NCBI GenBank assembly: GCA_965263355.1
Contig: CBDHHL010000032.1
Coordinates: 3,072,001 to 3,136,000 of the forward strand
Direction of reading: 5' to 3'
Length of the DNA: 64,000 nucleotides
DNA from: Leptolyngbyaceae cyanobacterium
GTDB lineage: Bacteria; Cyanobacteriota; Cyanobacteriia; Phormidesmidales; Phormidesmidaceae
The position numbers were made by a program, and so were the translations under genes. Within the stretch, counting starts at the first letter, position 1; each line of letters begins with the position of its first letter. The notes under the pieces were generated by a model. That model was not told the DNA's origin. It made no database searches and saw only the letters and a program-made list of their open reading frames with translations. Below are positions 20,791-31,068 of this stretch, one piece after another.

Positions 20791-22101
20791 CTATTGGTAA
20801 ATGAAGACTCGCTTGGCAGCACGAGTAAAGGCTACATAACATAGTTGGTTTCGTTCAACCACTTTTGAGTTTCTCATCAAATCTGGTAAGTCTACAAAAA
20901 CATCTTGAAATGTTGAGCCTTGGCTTTTATGGACTGTCAGGCTGTAGGCATAGTTCACGTCGTGAAACTGTTGCCGAAATTCCCAAAAGATTTCCCATTG
21001 TTTGTTGGTGGCATAGTCTCGTGACCGACGCTCATAATCGGGCATGCTGGTTTCTTGCAACACATTTAGATCTTGAAACTTACCGTCTTCTGTGTATACA
21101 ACGAGTTGCCAGACGGGCAAACCTTCTATTTTTCCAGGCTTCACTTCTAATACTTCACACTCTTCTGAAGTTTGTAGAATGATACCGCCTTCTTCAAGAC
21201 AAGGATTATTGGCAATTAGTCGCTCGCCGGGGACAAATTGCTCTAAGTCATTACCGTAAATAGCTTGGCGAATGATGCGATTGAGCGTTTTGACCCGCTG
21301 GTTAGTATAGGCCAGGACTCTCACATAGTTGGGGTCAGCTTTGTATTTGTCACAGGTGAAAGCACGGATCAAAACATCGCGCCAGGGGTATTTGGGCAGG
21401 ACAAAAAAACCTTCGGTGCGGTCTTCATTTACATCACTCTCATACCGAGGCAACTGCCCCCGCTCAATATTCCGGCGAATATCATCAGCAATCACCCCAA
21501 TTGCCCCGCCATAGCGGATGACCTGGGATAATGATGACTGATGCATAATCTGACTAAAGCAGCAAGACTCCGTTTCATTAACGGGCGGCAGCTGGGCCGG
21601 ATCCCCGACAAATAGCATCTGGGTGGGAATATCTAATCGAGAAATCGCCTCCACCAGAAGCTTCCACATTTCCTGGTTGATCATGGAGCACTCGTCCACG
21701 ATTACCAATCGATAGTCCGGCACCTGATTATGCTGATCGCTGACGGACTTAAAAATCTGCTCACCGCTGCCCGTATCGATAACGGGCTTTAACCCCAGTA
21801 GCCGACAGCAGGTGACTGATTCCACATCCTTAATATCCCAATGGGAGGACATGGTTTTAAGTACTTTGGTGGCTTTATTACTAAAAGCGGTTAGCACAAT
21901 CGGCCAGTCGCAGCCTTGGTCGCGCAAATGGGTGACCAGAGCCTGTAATAGGGTGGTTTTGCCCGTACCTGCATAACCCGTCAGCAAGTAAAGCTTTGAC
22001 GGACTTTGTAAAAATTCTTCAATGGCTTGCAGGGCGTCCCACTGCTCCTCACTTAGCTCAATCCCTGGCAGTATTTCTGGAATCGTGGCAGTGCTATCCA
22101 T
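20791..22101 (-). CDS. SF1B (RecD/Dda-like) ATP-dependent DNA helicase
   Basis: GYAGTGKT, VDECSM, GDPAQLPPV, TVHKSQGSTF, YVAFTRA. Confidence 0.9.
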   Translation of the reverse strand: MDSTATIPEILPGIELSEEQWDALQAIEEFLQSPSKLYLLTGYAGTGKTTLLQALVTHLRDQGCDWPIVLTAFSNKATKVLKTMSSHWDIKDVESVTCCRLLGLKPVIDTGSGEQIFKSVSDQHNQVPDYRLVIVDECSMINQEMWKLLVEAISRLDIPTQMLFVGDPAQLPPVNETESCCFSQIMHQSSLSQVIRYGGAIGVIADDIRRNIERGQLPRYESDVNEDRTEGFFVLPKYPWRDVLIRAFTCDKYKADPNYVRVLAYTNQRVKTLNRIIRQAIYGNDLEQFVPGERLIANNPCLEEGGIILQTSEECEVLEVKPGKIEGLPVWQLVVYTEDGKFQDLNVLQETSMPDYERRSRDYATNKQWEIFWEFRQQFHDVNYAYSLTVHKSQGSTFQDVFVDLPDLMRNSKVVERNQLCYVAFTRAAKRVFIYQ

Positions 22102-22299
22102 CCGAACCTAGCGTCAGGGTACGTTCCTTATCATATCGAAGGCCATCAAATGAATACAAGTGAACTAACAAAGGTTTTGTATTTATCTATTCGATAGTGA
22201 GAGATTGCTCTCACATGGGATCTCCCCCCCTTGAGCGGGTGTTTTGCCTGTAGTGTCTCAGGTATGCTAGAGGCCGTTAACCTATCGTGTTCTGTTTTT

Positions 22300-23730
22300 A
22301 TGCCTGTGGGGGGTCGCCATATATCACACATCAAAGGGCAGATTGATCGATATATTCATGCGCCCCAGACGGAAATAGCTTTAGTTACACTGATTTTATT
22401 ATCAGTGGCTTTGGTCGTCATTGAGGTGGTGCTGGAGGCTAGAGGTCTTGAAAATCTTTGGGTGAGCCATCTGCAGACGGGCCTTACCAGCATTTTTATT
22501 CTGGAGCTTGGCTGCCGCTATTGGGTGGCACGCAAAAAACGACGCTTTTGGCGAAATTATTGGTTGGATGCTTTGGCCGTAATGCCGATGATAACGGCCT
22601 TTCGGCTACTGAGACTGCTGCGAATTTTACGACTGCTGCGGGCTGGAATTTTGCTAAATCGGAGCTTAGGGCGGTTGTCGAGTGCGATCGCAACTAGCCT
22701 TGGCCTCCAAATCGGTGTATTTATGATTATGGGTCTGATCGTGCTCACTGGCGGTCTGGCTACCTATCTCTTTGAAGCCCCTGCTAATCCTCGTATTCAT
22801 TCCCTGCGCGACTCCATGTGGTGGAGCTTTTTATCCCTAGTGGCCGGAGAACCCATTGGCGGTGACCCCCAAACTGACATTGGTCGTGTCATTGCCCTAG
22901 TGATCATGATGGGGGGATTAACCACCTTTGCTGTGTTTACGGGTGTTGTCTCTGCTGTGATGATGCGCAAACTAGAAACATTTATGGACTTTAAAGCCTT
23001 GGAAATTGATGAACTGCGCGATCATATTGTGATCTGTGGCTGGAATCGAGGTGGTCATCTCATCGTTGAAGAGTTGCTGGCCGATGGTGATATGGAGCAC
23101 TATGCCGTGGTGATTGTTGCAGAAGAGACCGAAGAGCCTTCCCAGGTGCTAGCCCATCTAAATCAATCCCAGTTATATTTTTATCCTGAGGACTATACTA
23201 AAATCGATATTCTTGAAACAGTCGGTATTTTGCATGCGTCGCGAGCAATTTTGCTGGCAGATGCTACCCACCCCCGCACAGATCAGGATCGAGACGCTCG
23301 AACTGTTTTAGCAGCACTGACCATCGAAAAACTAAACCCGTCGATCTACACCTGTGCGCAATTGTTGGATCGGCGCAATGATGTTCAGCTAAGGCTTGCG
23401 GGTGTGGATGATGTGATTGTGACAGAGGAAGTATCGAGTCATCTAATCGCAACATCTGCTCGCAACCAAGGGTCAGTCGAGGCCCTGGCCGAGCTGCTGA
23501 CGGTGCAAAGCGGTAATCAAATTTATGAAATACCGATGCCACTTGCCTGGGTAGGTAAACAATATTGGTCGTTAGCCCAACACCTCAAACAACAATCAGA
23601 TGCTCTGTTATTAGCTGTTGAGTCCATGCAACAAGAACAACGCATCACACAAGTAAATCCGCCAGCAACCTTATTGTTGTTGGCGGATGATCGATTAGTG
23701 ATTATTGCTCGCCAGGCACCTAAACTCTGA
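22300..23730 (+). CDS. 6TM voltage-sensor ion channel with RCK (TrkA_N) domain, atypical pore
   Basis: S4 FRLLRLLRILRLLR; pore helix WWSF...P.T..GR; RCK HIVICGWN. Start uncertain (22231/22264/22300). Confidence 0.85.
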   Translation: MPVGGRHISHIKGQIDRYIHAPQTEIALVTLILLSVALVVIEVVLEARGLENLWVSHLQTGLTSIFILELGCRYWVARKKRRFWRNYWLDALAVMPMITAFRLLRLLRILRLLRAGILLNRSLGRLSSAIATSLGLQIGVFMIMGLIVLTGGLATYLFEAPANPRIHSLRDSMWWSFLSLVAGEPIGGDPQTDIGRVIALVIMMGGLTTFAVFTGVVSAVMMRKLETFMDFKALEIDELRDHIVICGWNRGGHLIVEELLADGDMEHYAVVIVAEETEEPSQVLAHLNQSQLYFYPEDYTKIDILETVGILHASRAILLADATHPRTDQDRDARTVLAALTIEKLNPSIYTCAQLLDRRNDVQLRLAGVDDVIVTEEVSSHLIATSARNQGSVEALAELLTVQSGNQIYEIPMPLAWVGKQYWSLAQHLKQQSDALLLAVESMQQEQRITQVNPPATLLLLADDRLVIIARQAPKL

Positions 23731-23751
23731 CGTTGGAGGTTGATTATGCGT

Positions 23752-24924
23752 TTATAAAGGGGCCAATTCTCCAGTTTCTAGGGAGGATGCCTGTTCTTGA
23801 TAGTCAATCGTCACAATTACTGGTGTGATCTTAGGAAGATCTTGGAAGCCGCGCATATCAAATTCCAAGGGTCCTTCTTCTAAGGTGCTACCTGCTAAGA
23901 GGCCTGCTAAGGCACCCTCTGAGGCATTCAGCGGTTGGTGATGAGTTAATTGAGCCGTCACTGAAATATAAATTCCAAATAGCACAACACCAAAAGCGCA
24001 CCAATTGATTAGACTGAGGGATTCACCAAAGAAGACAACCGCCATCAGTGCAGAAATGACGGGAATGGCAAGCATGGAAACCGTAACTAAACCCGCTGAA
24101 AACTCTTTCAGAGAATAGGTGAGTAACCCTTGACCCAATGCTTGGGAAATAACTGCAAGGGCAATGACCGCGACCCAGCCTTGGATGGTCGACGGAAAAA
24201 ATGCTTCATGGCTGCCTAGCATAATAACGGCTGCAAAGAGACTACCAATAAAGCTGTTCCACATCATAATCCAGGAGGTTTCATGTCGTGGTGTTAATCG
24301 ATCAATGCACAAAATATTGATCGCGGCCAATAATGAGGCACCCATCGCAGCAATATCGCCTGAAAAGCAGCCTTCTATAAGCTGTAAATCTTGTAGGCTG
24401 ATGATAATTACTCCTGCGATAGCGACCCCCATACCGAGTAGAAACTTTTTGCTAAAGGTTTCTCTAAATAAAAGCCAACTTATTAACGTAGTAAAAATTG
24501 GCAACATATTATCTAGTAGTGTGGCGTTGGCGACGCTGGTTTGGGTCAACGACCAAGACCAGAGGCTTAAAGAGCCGGAAAAAGATAGGCCAGACAGTAT
24601 CAGCAAAAAAATATCCAGACGTTGTAGCTGGAGGAGGGGCAATAGACCGCCAATTGTTCTTTCCCTAGGGCCTTCAGGACTTAGGGATGGAGCTTGAACA
24701 TGCTGGAATCGATGCCAGCCTAAGAAAACTAACGTAGCAATGCCTAATCGGTTAAATGTAATAGCGTAGGGGCTAATTTCTGTCTGAACTACCACAATCA
24801 GAATAGCGGCGCATGCTATGCCGATTAGTGCAAAAACGAGAGAAACTGTTCCCATCAATTGGCTTGAACTTTCAATAGCGGGAACTTGAGGAAACAAGCG
24901 CCCAGAGTCTTTACGCACAATCAT
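23752..24924 (-). CDS. EamA/DMT-family transporter
   Basis: About 10 TM helices in two repeats; SLTQTSVANATLL, FFGE. Confidence 0.87.
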   Translation of the reverse strand: MIVRKDSGRLFPQVPAIESSSQLMGTVSLVFALIGIACAAILIVVVQTEISPYAITFNRLGIATLVFLGWHRFQHVQAPSLSPEGPRERTIGGLLPLLQLQRLDIFLLILSGLSFSGSLSLWSWSLTQTSVANATLLDNMLPIFTTLISWLLFRETFSKKFLLGMGVAIAGVIIISLQDLQLIEGCFSGDIAAMGASLLAAINILCIDRLTPRHETSWIMMWNSFIGSLFAAVIMLGSHEAFFPSTIQGWVAVIALAVISQALGQGLLTYSLKEFSAGLVTVSMLAIPVISALMAVVFFGESLSLINWCAFGVVLFGIYISVTAQLTHHQPLNASEGALAGLLAGSTLEEGPLEFDMRGFQDLPKITPVIVTIDYQEQASSLETGELAPL

Positions 24925-25013
24925 CGTTTAGGTGCTGTATCCGTTTGAAATTGAACCTAATCACTAGACTATAACGCTGGTCGAGCTGATTTTTGGAAGG
25001 GTAGTTCACAAAT

Positions 25014-25027
25014 GTAATTATAGATAC
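25014..25027. promoter_or_regulatory. NtcA-like site GTA-N8-TAC
   Basis: GTAATTATAGATAC in the AT-rich divergent intergenic region, 90 bp upstream of the EamA gene. Confidence 0.3.
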
Positions 25028-25384
25028 GGTTTTCTATGTTTTTTCTGCCCTTTAAGCACTCAATATGAGTGGTTGAAAGCCTTTGTGGGAAAGCGTTCAA
25101 GCCCGATAGTCCACTAATTATAAAGCGCTAAATGGATCCTGCAATTGTCAGTTATTTTTGATGGCTTTGTCATGAAACCTTGGTAATTTATCTCAAGCTG
25201 AAACACCACTCACCGCCTTACCCAAAAACTCGAGTTTGACCAATATGCTGCTATGTCCGGTATCAGTTTCTGTAACCTCGGTCAGGCTAGCTGTAGTACT
25301 GCCTATGCTGATGACTGTAAAGCGCTAAAGCAATGAGGCGATTGCTACAGATATTAGCGGCGGTCAATAAGTGGATGTAGAACC

Positions 25385-26916
25385 ATGGTTCAGCAAGGAC
25401 AAAACATACAAAGCATAAGGGTGAAGCGTTGGTTACTTTGGATGGGGGCAATGGCGTTAGTGGGAGGTACCTTAAGTGCCAGGGCTAACCTGTCGTCTGA
25501 ATCAGTGACCATGACAATGGCACCCGCGATCGCGAATGAGGTCCCTTCAATGAATGAGGTCCCTTCGCAGTGAATGAGGTCCCTTCAGTGAATGAGGTCC
25601 CTTCAGTGAATGAGGTCCCTTCAGTGGATGAGGTCCCTAAAATCGTGCGTCAACAAACATTTGATAACTATCGTCAGGTAATTGAGCGTACACGGTCGAT
25701 GATTTACGACCAGCCGAGTCAAACCCTGGCAGATCGTTGGGGCCTGGATATCCTGGACGTTACTTGGGAGGATACTGGGCGCTACGATAATTCGGCAGTG
25801 GGGCCTAACATCAGTGATATGACGATTCAGGTGCAGCAGCAGGATCCCGATACGGGTGAATATTCGCTACATCTGATGCCTGTTATTCGTTATCCCAATT
25901 TTGCTGATTTGACGGGTGATGTTCCGATCGATCAGTTTTATGTCTTGACTGGTAACGAAAAGGGTGAGGACTTAAGGCGGGTTTCCTTGACGGATGTTTT
26001 GGGGGATTTACGCCGTTATCTCAGTCAGCCAGAGTCGTGGGCTGGGTCTGAAAAATCTTTGTTGGCAGATCGTGATAGCCATGTGTTGGTCAGCGCCCAA
26101 GCAGCATTTTTGCCAATTCCCCTAGCAGAGGCCGCCACGTTTAATCCTGTGTTGTTTAACTATCAGTCTTATCCTGGGGATCCGGCTGTACTAACGCTGT
26201 TGGTTACCCGTGAAGGAACCAGTGCCACCATTATTGATAATCAGCGGGATGGGTTTGATGCTGGAGGTACTTGGGGGCAGCGGTTATTTTTTAATCAAAA
26301 CGGTGAGCGGGCCAGCTTAACAGGTCAGCGCTTGAGCGATTTTCAATCTGAGTCGAGTAGGGATCCATCCTCTGCCAGTGATCAGTCTGTTAGGTCTGAT
26401 GCTGAAAAAGAAGGGCTGAATATGGTCATGCTGATTCAGGTGCCGTTGAAACAGAAACAACCCTTTTTACCCAATGCGCCGATGGTCTTAGCGGATGCTA
26501 TGCCTATGGAAGCGGAAATGAGCATGGTTGCCCGTGGCAGTAGTAATGTGGAGGCAGCGGTGATTGGCCATGGCGCGATTGAAGGGCCCTTTACTGAAAT
26601 TGATAATCTGGACATCGAACGGGATCCTGATTTTCCGATTCGGGTGACGGTGCAGTTTTATAAGGCTACTAGCAACGGCGTGGTCTCTGCCGATGACATG
26701 CGGGAAATCCATGAACAGATTCAAAAAGTCTATGATGATGCCGATTATGTAGGTAGTCTGGTCTTAGACGGTCGTCAGGGGCGACCTACTGAGTATGCGG
26801 GGGATCACCAGCAACCAGATGATTGGTGGGAAAACTTTTGGGAGCACTCCCGTGAGCGCTTGGATATGAGTGAGGAAGAGGCAAGAGAACTTTGGGAAAG
26901 GTTGCGAGGTAAGTAG
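25385..26916 (+). pseudogene. Secreted uncharacterised protein split by a +2 frameshift in a tandem repeat (ORFs 25385-25573 and 25570-26916)
   Basis: ORF1 has a signal peptide and ends NEVPSMNEVPSQ; ORF2 starts with the same NEVPSV repeats; repeat copy 2 is 20 nt instead of 18. Confidence 0.7.
25535..25638 (+). repeat. 18-bp coding tandem repeat, about 5.7 copies (AATGAGGTCCCTTCAGTG = NEVPSV)
   Basis: Read directly; copy 2 (25553-25572) has 2 extra nt. Confidence 0.95.
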
Positions 26917-26939
26917 GGTTTAATGGTCTGCTTGGAGAG

Positions 26940-26967
26940 CGTTGGCTTCGACTACGCTCAGCCAACG
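26940..26967. repeat. Short palindromic dispersed repeat (CTTCGACTACGCTCAG type)
   Basis: CGTTGGCT-TCGACTACGCTC-AGCCAACG just after the stop codon. Confidence 0.55.
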
Positions 26968-27081
26968 TGCTTATCCTGTTGCTTTGGTTCGGTCTTTTCA
27001 CCATCAACCCGAACATATTTTATGGACGCTCCCAGTTGTCCTTTTGTAAGCTAAGAATATAACCCTTCACCTGGTTGAATC

Positions 27082-27564
27082 ATGTCTGCTATAGTGCCCT
27101 CCCAGCAAGTTCAAAATCGGACAACCGCTAGTTATCTGTTGTGGATAGGTTGGCTGTTTGGTGTAGGTGGGCTGCACCGACTATACAACGGCAAAATTGC
27201 ATCGGGGCTACTTTGGCTGTTTACGTTTGGACTGTTTGGATTTGGGCAATTGGTGGATCTGTTACTGATTCCAGATATGGCTAAAAAACGTCATCGTCAG
27301 CTATTCGGTGATCAACCCTCTAACTTTGACCTAAATCCTGTTGTCCCGGCTGAAGTTAGCCAAGACACGCTAGCGGTTAAGCTACTGCGACTGGCTAAGC
27401 TTCACGGTGGTCAGGTTACGGTTACCCAGGCTGTGATGGAAACTGGGCAGTCCTTCGAAACTATTGAGACTGAACTTAAAACGATGGTTAAGTCTGGTTA
27501 TGCCGATGTTACAAATCGCCCCGGCTCAGGTGTAGTGGTGTATGAATTCCCAGAGCTGATGTGA
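27082..27564 (+). CDS. TM2 (NINE) domain protein with C-terminal winged-helix-like region
   Basis: GLHRLYNGKIASGLLWLFTFGLFGFGQLVDLLLIP. Confidence 0.85.
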   Translation: MSAIVPSQQVQNRTTASYLLWIGWLFGVGGLHRLYNGKIASGLLWLFTFGLFGFGQLVDLLLIPDMAKKRHRQLFGDQPSNFDLNPVVPAEVSQDTLAVKLLRLAKLHGGQVTVTQAVMETGQSFETIETELKTMVKSGYADVTNRPGSGVVVYEFPELM

Positions 27565-28222
27565 CCCTTTCTGCATCCCCATCGAAAAAAATGTTTCTAC
27601 AATAGGCAACTTCTTGACAGCCTAGGATTAGCGCTTTTGTAACTAAGCTCGCTCCCAGGGCACATGCGGTAAGTCCTATCAAGCCAATCAAACCATCGTC
27701 ATTTAAAAGCCCAAAGCCAATTATAAAAATACAGATGGCAGGTATGGTGTTGGTGCCAGGAAAGGGAATCATCATGCAGGCTGCCAACAAGGCAACGATG
27801 ACACCCAACAGGAAACGACCGAGTGTGCTTTTGCAGACTATCGATAATCGCGGCTTAGAGATTGCCTCTATGCGTCGTAGCCAGGGTAATCCAATTTTTA
27901 TAAAATTCCGAACTTTTCCCCTCTCAAAACCTCGTTCTAGCCACTTCTCGGGTAGTGATGGCTTCCTCTTACCTCGTATTAGCTGAAATGCTAATACGAT
28001 GATCACAATACCTAATGGTGTTGATATTACAGGTGCTGGCAGAGGTAAAGCTGATGGTAGTGAAAGTAGGACAAATAGAAAACCAAAAGAATGCTCACCC
28101 CCCAAAGTCAGCAATTCTTTGAGGGTTACATTTTTGGATACTTGGACTTCCAGAGGACTGTTGTCTGTCGCTGTTGGAGCATCCAAAAAATAGCGCTGCA
28201 GTTCAGCGGATAGTTTAACCAT
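27509..28222 (-). CDS. exoD: Exopolysaccharide synthesis ExoD-family protein
   Basis: SFGFLFVLLSLPSALPLP, IPFPGTNTIPA, DDGL. Confidence 0.85.
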   Translation of the reverse strand: MVKLSAELQRYFLDAPTATDNSPLEVQVSKNVTLKELLTLGGEHSFGFLFVLLSLPSALPLPAPVISTPLGIVIIVLAFQLIRGKRKPSLPEKWLERGFERGKVRNFIKIGLPWLRRIEAISKPRLSIVCKSTLGRFLLGVIVALLAACMMIPFPGTNTIPAICIFIIGFGLLNDDGLIGLIGLTACALGASLVTKALILGCQEVAYCRNIFFDGDAERVTSALGIHTPLHLSRGDL

Positions 28223-28465
28223 AGTGGGTCAGTTTAGAAGTTACTTATATATGTTTCGCCTAAGACTTAATTGTTCTGGAGGCGTAAGGAATTAAACTTT
28301 GTCCACATCCAGAACGGTCGCTTTACCACAGAGAAAATTATAGGTTTCAATTTGGATGTAGTTGATATTTCAAAGCTTCTCCAGATTGACTCAAAGCTCA
28401 AACCTGTAGTTCCATCAGCTAGCTTAGCTGCACGGGACAGCACCTGGATAGATCGATGACTCTAT

Positions 28466-29236
28466 TTACTGAGTTTGATGGACCTGGTCGCAGAATTGCT
28501 GGATGGCTTGGATGGCTTGCGATCGCAAATCCACTAGTGGTTTGGCAAACGGTGGTTGCCAAGCTGATAGCCCCAACAGATCTGATGTCACCAGAATCTG
28601 GCCATCACAGTGAGGGCCTGCACCAATCCCAATAGTAGGAATACCCAAGGTTTGGCTAATGGTTTTGGCCACATCATAAGGAATGTGTTCTAAAACGATG
28701 GCAAACGCCCCTGCACGTTCTAGGGCCAGCGCTTCCTGAAAAATCTGCTCAGCGTCTTCTGGGGTTTTACCCTGTTGACGAAACCCACCAAACTTATGCA
28801 CCGATTGGGGCGTCAGACCCACATGTCCCATTACAGGGATGCCAGTTTGAGTCAGGCGAGTTACCGTTGCTGCCATGGGTGGTTGTCCCCCCTCTAACTT
28901 CACGGCTTGGGCCCCCGTTTCCTTCATCACCTTGCCAGCATTGATTAAAGCTTGCTCAGGACTGACCTGATAGCTTAAAAATGGCAGGTCTACCACCATA
29001 AAAACCTTAGATAGACCACGGCGGACGGCTTTAGCATGATGGATAATTTCATCCAATGTCAGCGGTACTGTATTCTCATAGCCCAGGATAGTCATGGCCA
29101 GCGAATCGCCGACTAAGGCAATATCCACGTTAGCTGCATCTACAAGCTGTGCAGAAACGTAGTCCCAGACCGTTAGTGCCGCTAAGGTACGTCCCTCTTC
29201 TTTTCGGCGGGCTATCTGAGAAACCGTGATGGGCAT
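28466..29236 (-). CDS. panB: 3-methyl-2-oxobutanoate hydroxymethyltransferase
   Basis: [33 protein letters not shown]. Confidence 0.96.
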   Translation of the reverse strand: MPITVSQIARRKEEGRTLAALTVWDYVSAQLVDAANVDIALVGDSLAMTILGYENTVPLTLDEIIHHAKAVRRGLSKVFMVVDLPFLSYQVSPEQALINAGKVMKETGAQAVKLEGGQPPMAATVTRLTQTGIPVMGHVGLTPQSVHKFGGFRQQGKTPEDAEQIFQEALALERAGAFAIVLEHIPYDVAKTISQTLGIPTIGIGAGPHCDGQILVTSDLLGLSAWQPPFAKPLVDLRSQAIQAIQQFCDQVHQTQ

Positions 29237-29396
29237 GGCTGATTACACCGTAGTCATTTTCTGTCGACAAATATTGTGGATGGTTTGACCATCCCTTCTA
29301 CAATTAGGCCACAGCTAAACCATTTTGAGGGTGTACCAAGCGATCTATATTTTCTACTCTTTCCTATCTGTAAGTTATCTATCGACATACTGAAGC

Positions 29397-30431
29397 TTAG
29401 TTAGCAAAGGCATCATGGGTAGAAGCCCGTCCAGTAGAAAGGCTAACCCAGCCTAAGCCTTGAGTAGTTCCGACCCAGAGTTTATCGCTTACATCAGTCG
29501 CTATAGAGAGTACGTGACTGGAAGGAAGATTGGGTACCTGACTCACAATCGCTCCATTGTACGGATTGAGCTTAAATAAACCATTCTCAGTCCCTACCCA
29601 CAGACTTTGGGTTTTATCAAACGCAATATCCGTCACACTTTTGCCGCGCATTTGCGTGACAGAACGGAGCAGTGCTCCAGTATCTGCATCAAAGACAAAT
29701 AATCCTTGGGATGAGCCTACCCACAGCTGCCCTTGGGGTCCTGTGGAAATGGTTTTAACGGAGCCCCCTGGGATGCTAGACACTCGATTTAGAATAAACG
29801 CACTGGCAGTATCTACACGCACTAGACCTGTAAGCGTCCCAACCCAAAGTTGTCCTGTTTTGTCTATGGTGAGCGCATTGGCGCTAATGCCTGGTAAATC
29901 TTGCAGTGTTGTCATTAGCAAACCCCGGTCAGGACTAATCATCGCCAGACCCCGATCCGTACCTGCCCATAAAAAACCACGACCATCAATCACCATATCC
30001 AAAATTCGATTAGACGGGAGACGGAAGTTTTGGGCTGTAATTTGATTGATCCGTGGATCGACCCTAACCAGGCCGTTGTAAGTGCCCAGCCAGATACGGC
30101 CTACCCGATCTTGAGTCATCGCGTCAATAAAACGGTTAGGTACGTTGACCCGAGATTGAATCACTCCTGTGGCTGGATTGATGCGGGCCAGACCTTGGTG
30201 AGACCCCACCCAAAGACTACCAGTATAGTCTGACTGTAGTGCCCCTACCTGTAAATCGGCGGCTAGTGGGTTGGCCTGATAGGGCCGATCTGAAGGCAGC
30301 GGCACCGATCTTGGCGGTGGGTCAGTATAGAGTGGAGTCCGGTTTGATTCTTGAGCACTAACCGGTAGCACGGCGCTCCAAAAAAGTGTTGCCCCTACGG
30401 CTATTTGAATAAGTCGTTTAGCAGAAACCAC
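29397..30431 (-). CDS. Secreted beta-propeller (Reg_prop-type repeats), stand-alone
   Basis: Signal peptide and seven D..G.LWVGT..GL-type repeats. Confidence 0.8.
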   Translation of the reverse strand: MVSAKRLIQIAVGATLFWSAVLPVSAQESNRTPLYTDPPPRSVPLPSDRPYQANPLAADLQVGALQSDYTGSLWVGSHQGLARINPATGVIQSRVNVPNRFIDAMTQDRVGRIWLGTYNGLVRVDPRINQITAQNFRLPSNRILDMVIDGRGFLWAGTDRGLAMISPDRGLLMTTLQDLPGISANALTIDKTGQLWVGTLTGLVRVDTASAFILNRVSSIPGGSVKTISTGPQGQLWVGSSQGLFVFDADTGALLRSVTQMRGKSVTDIAFDKTQSLWVGTENGLFKLNPYNGAIVSQVPNLPSSHVLSIATDVSDKLWVGTTQGLGWVSLSTGRASTHDAFAN

Positions 30432-30570
30432 AGTGACGTCTCCAATAGTTCATTAGGTATAGGTCTTAACGTCCTACGCTATTTCTAGCCTACGCTAGCC
30501 AACAGGTAACCTGGTGCTCTTGATAACTTGCCCAAGCATTTATGTCAATCTAAATCAGCCTAAAGCAATC

Positions 30571-30585
30571 ATTAGTAAATCTAAA
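30571..30585. promoter_or_regulatory. Putative RbcR (LysR) box upstream of rbcL
   Basis: ATTAG-TAAAT-CTAAA, one mismatch to ATTAG-N5-CTAAT. Confidence 0.4.
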
Positions 30586-30733
30586 AACTTTATTAGGAGA
30601 GAAAAAACATTCTCAACAACTGTGGAACATTAAAGTTATACAAACGTTGCCACCAAACAAGTCTGGTCAATCAGTGAATCGCTGCATTCTGTATAGCTAG
30701 ACTCATATTTCAAAAACTTAATGGTACTCCACG

Positions 30734-30762
30734 TAGATTCATAAATAAAAGTTATGAATCTA
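30734..30762. promoter_or_regulatory. Perfect 11-bp inverted repeat with LysR T-N11-A core in the rbcL promoter region
   Basis: TAGATTCATAA-ATAAAAG-TTATGAATCTA. Confidence 0.55.
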
Positions 30763-30819
30763 TACAGAACTTCCAAAACGCTACTTATCAAATCGCTGAT
30801 AGTATTCTTAAAGAATTAG

Positions 30820-30833
30820 GTAGTTTTCATTAC
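30820..30833. promoter_or_regulatory. NtcA-like site just downstream of a putative -10 box (TATTCT 30803-30808)
   Basis: GTAGTTTTCATTAC within TTAGGTA-N8-TACCTAA. Confidence 0.45.
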
Positions 30834-31068
30834 CTAAAGCAATAAGGAGAACAGTCAATTTGGCTGTCTGGCAGCTTTTGCTGCTCGATACCACTTTGGA
30901 ACTTAGAGCCGCCTTAGGGGCTAAACATTTTTCACGTCCAGAACTGTCGTTTTGTCGTGGAGAAACTGCAGGTTTTTACTTGGATGTGGTTTGGTGGCCT
31001 TCGTCAGGCTGACCCTGTAGGCGTTGCAACAGTTCTAAGCCATCTAGTTTGATCACAGGAAGGGAGAT

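Noticed and set aside
25121..25329. TAAAGCGCTAAA occurring twice about 200 bp apart
   Set aside because: Short, two copies only, compatible with chance
25535..25638. 18-bp repeats as a CRISPR array
   Set aside because: Head-to-tail units with no spacers, coding in frame, no cas genes
27509..27564. 56-bp convergent overlap of the TM2 and exoD genes
   Set aside because: Most simply a drifted stop codon; common and uninformative
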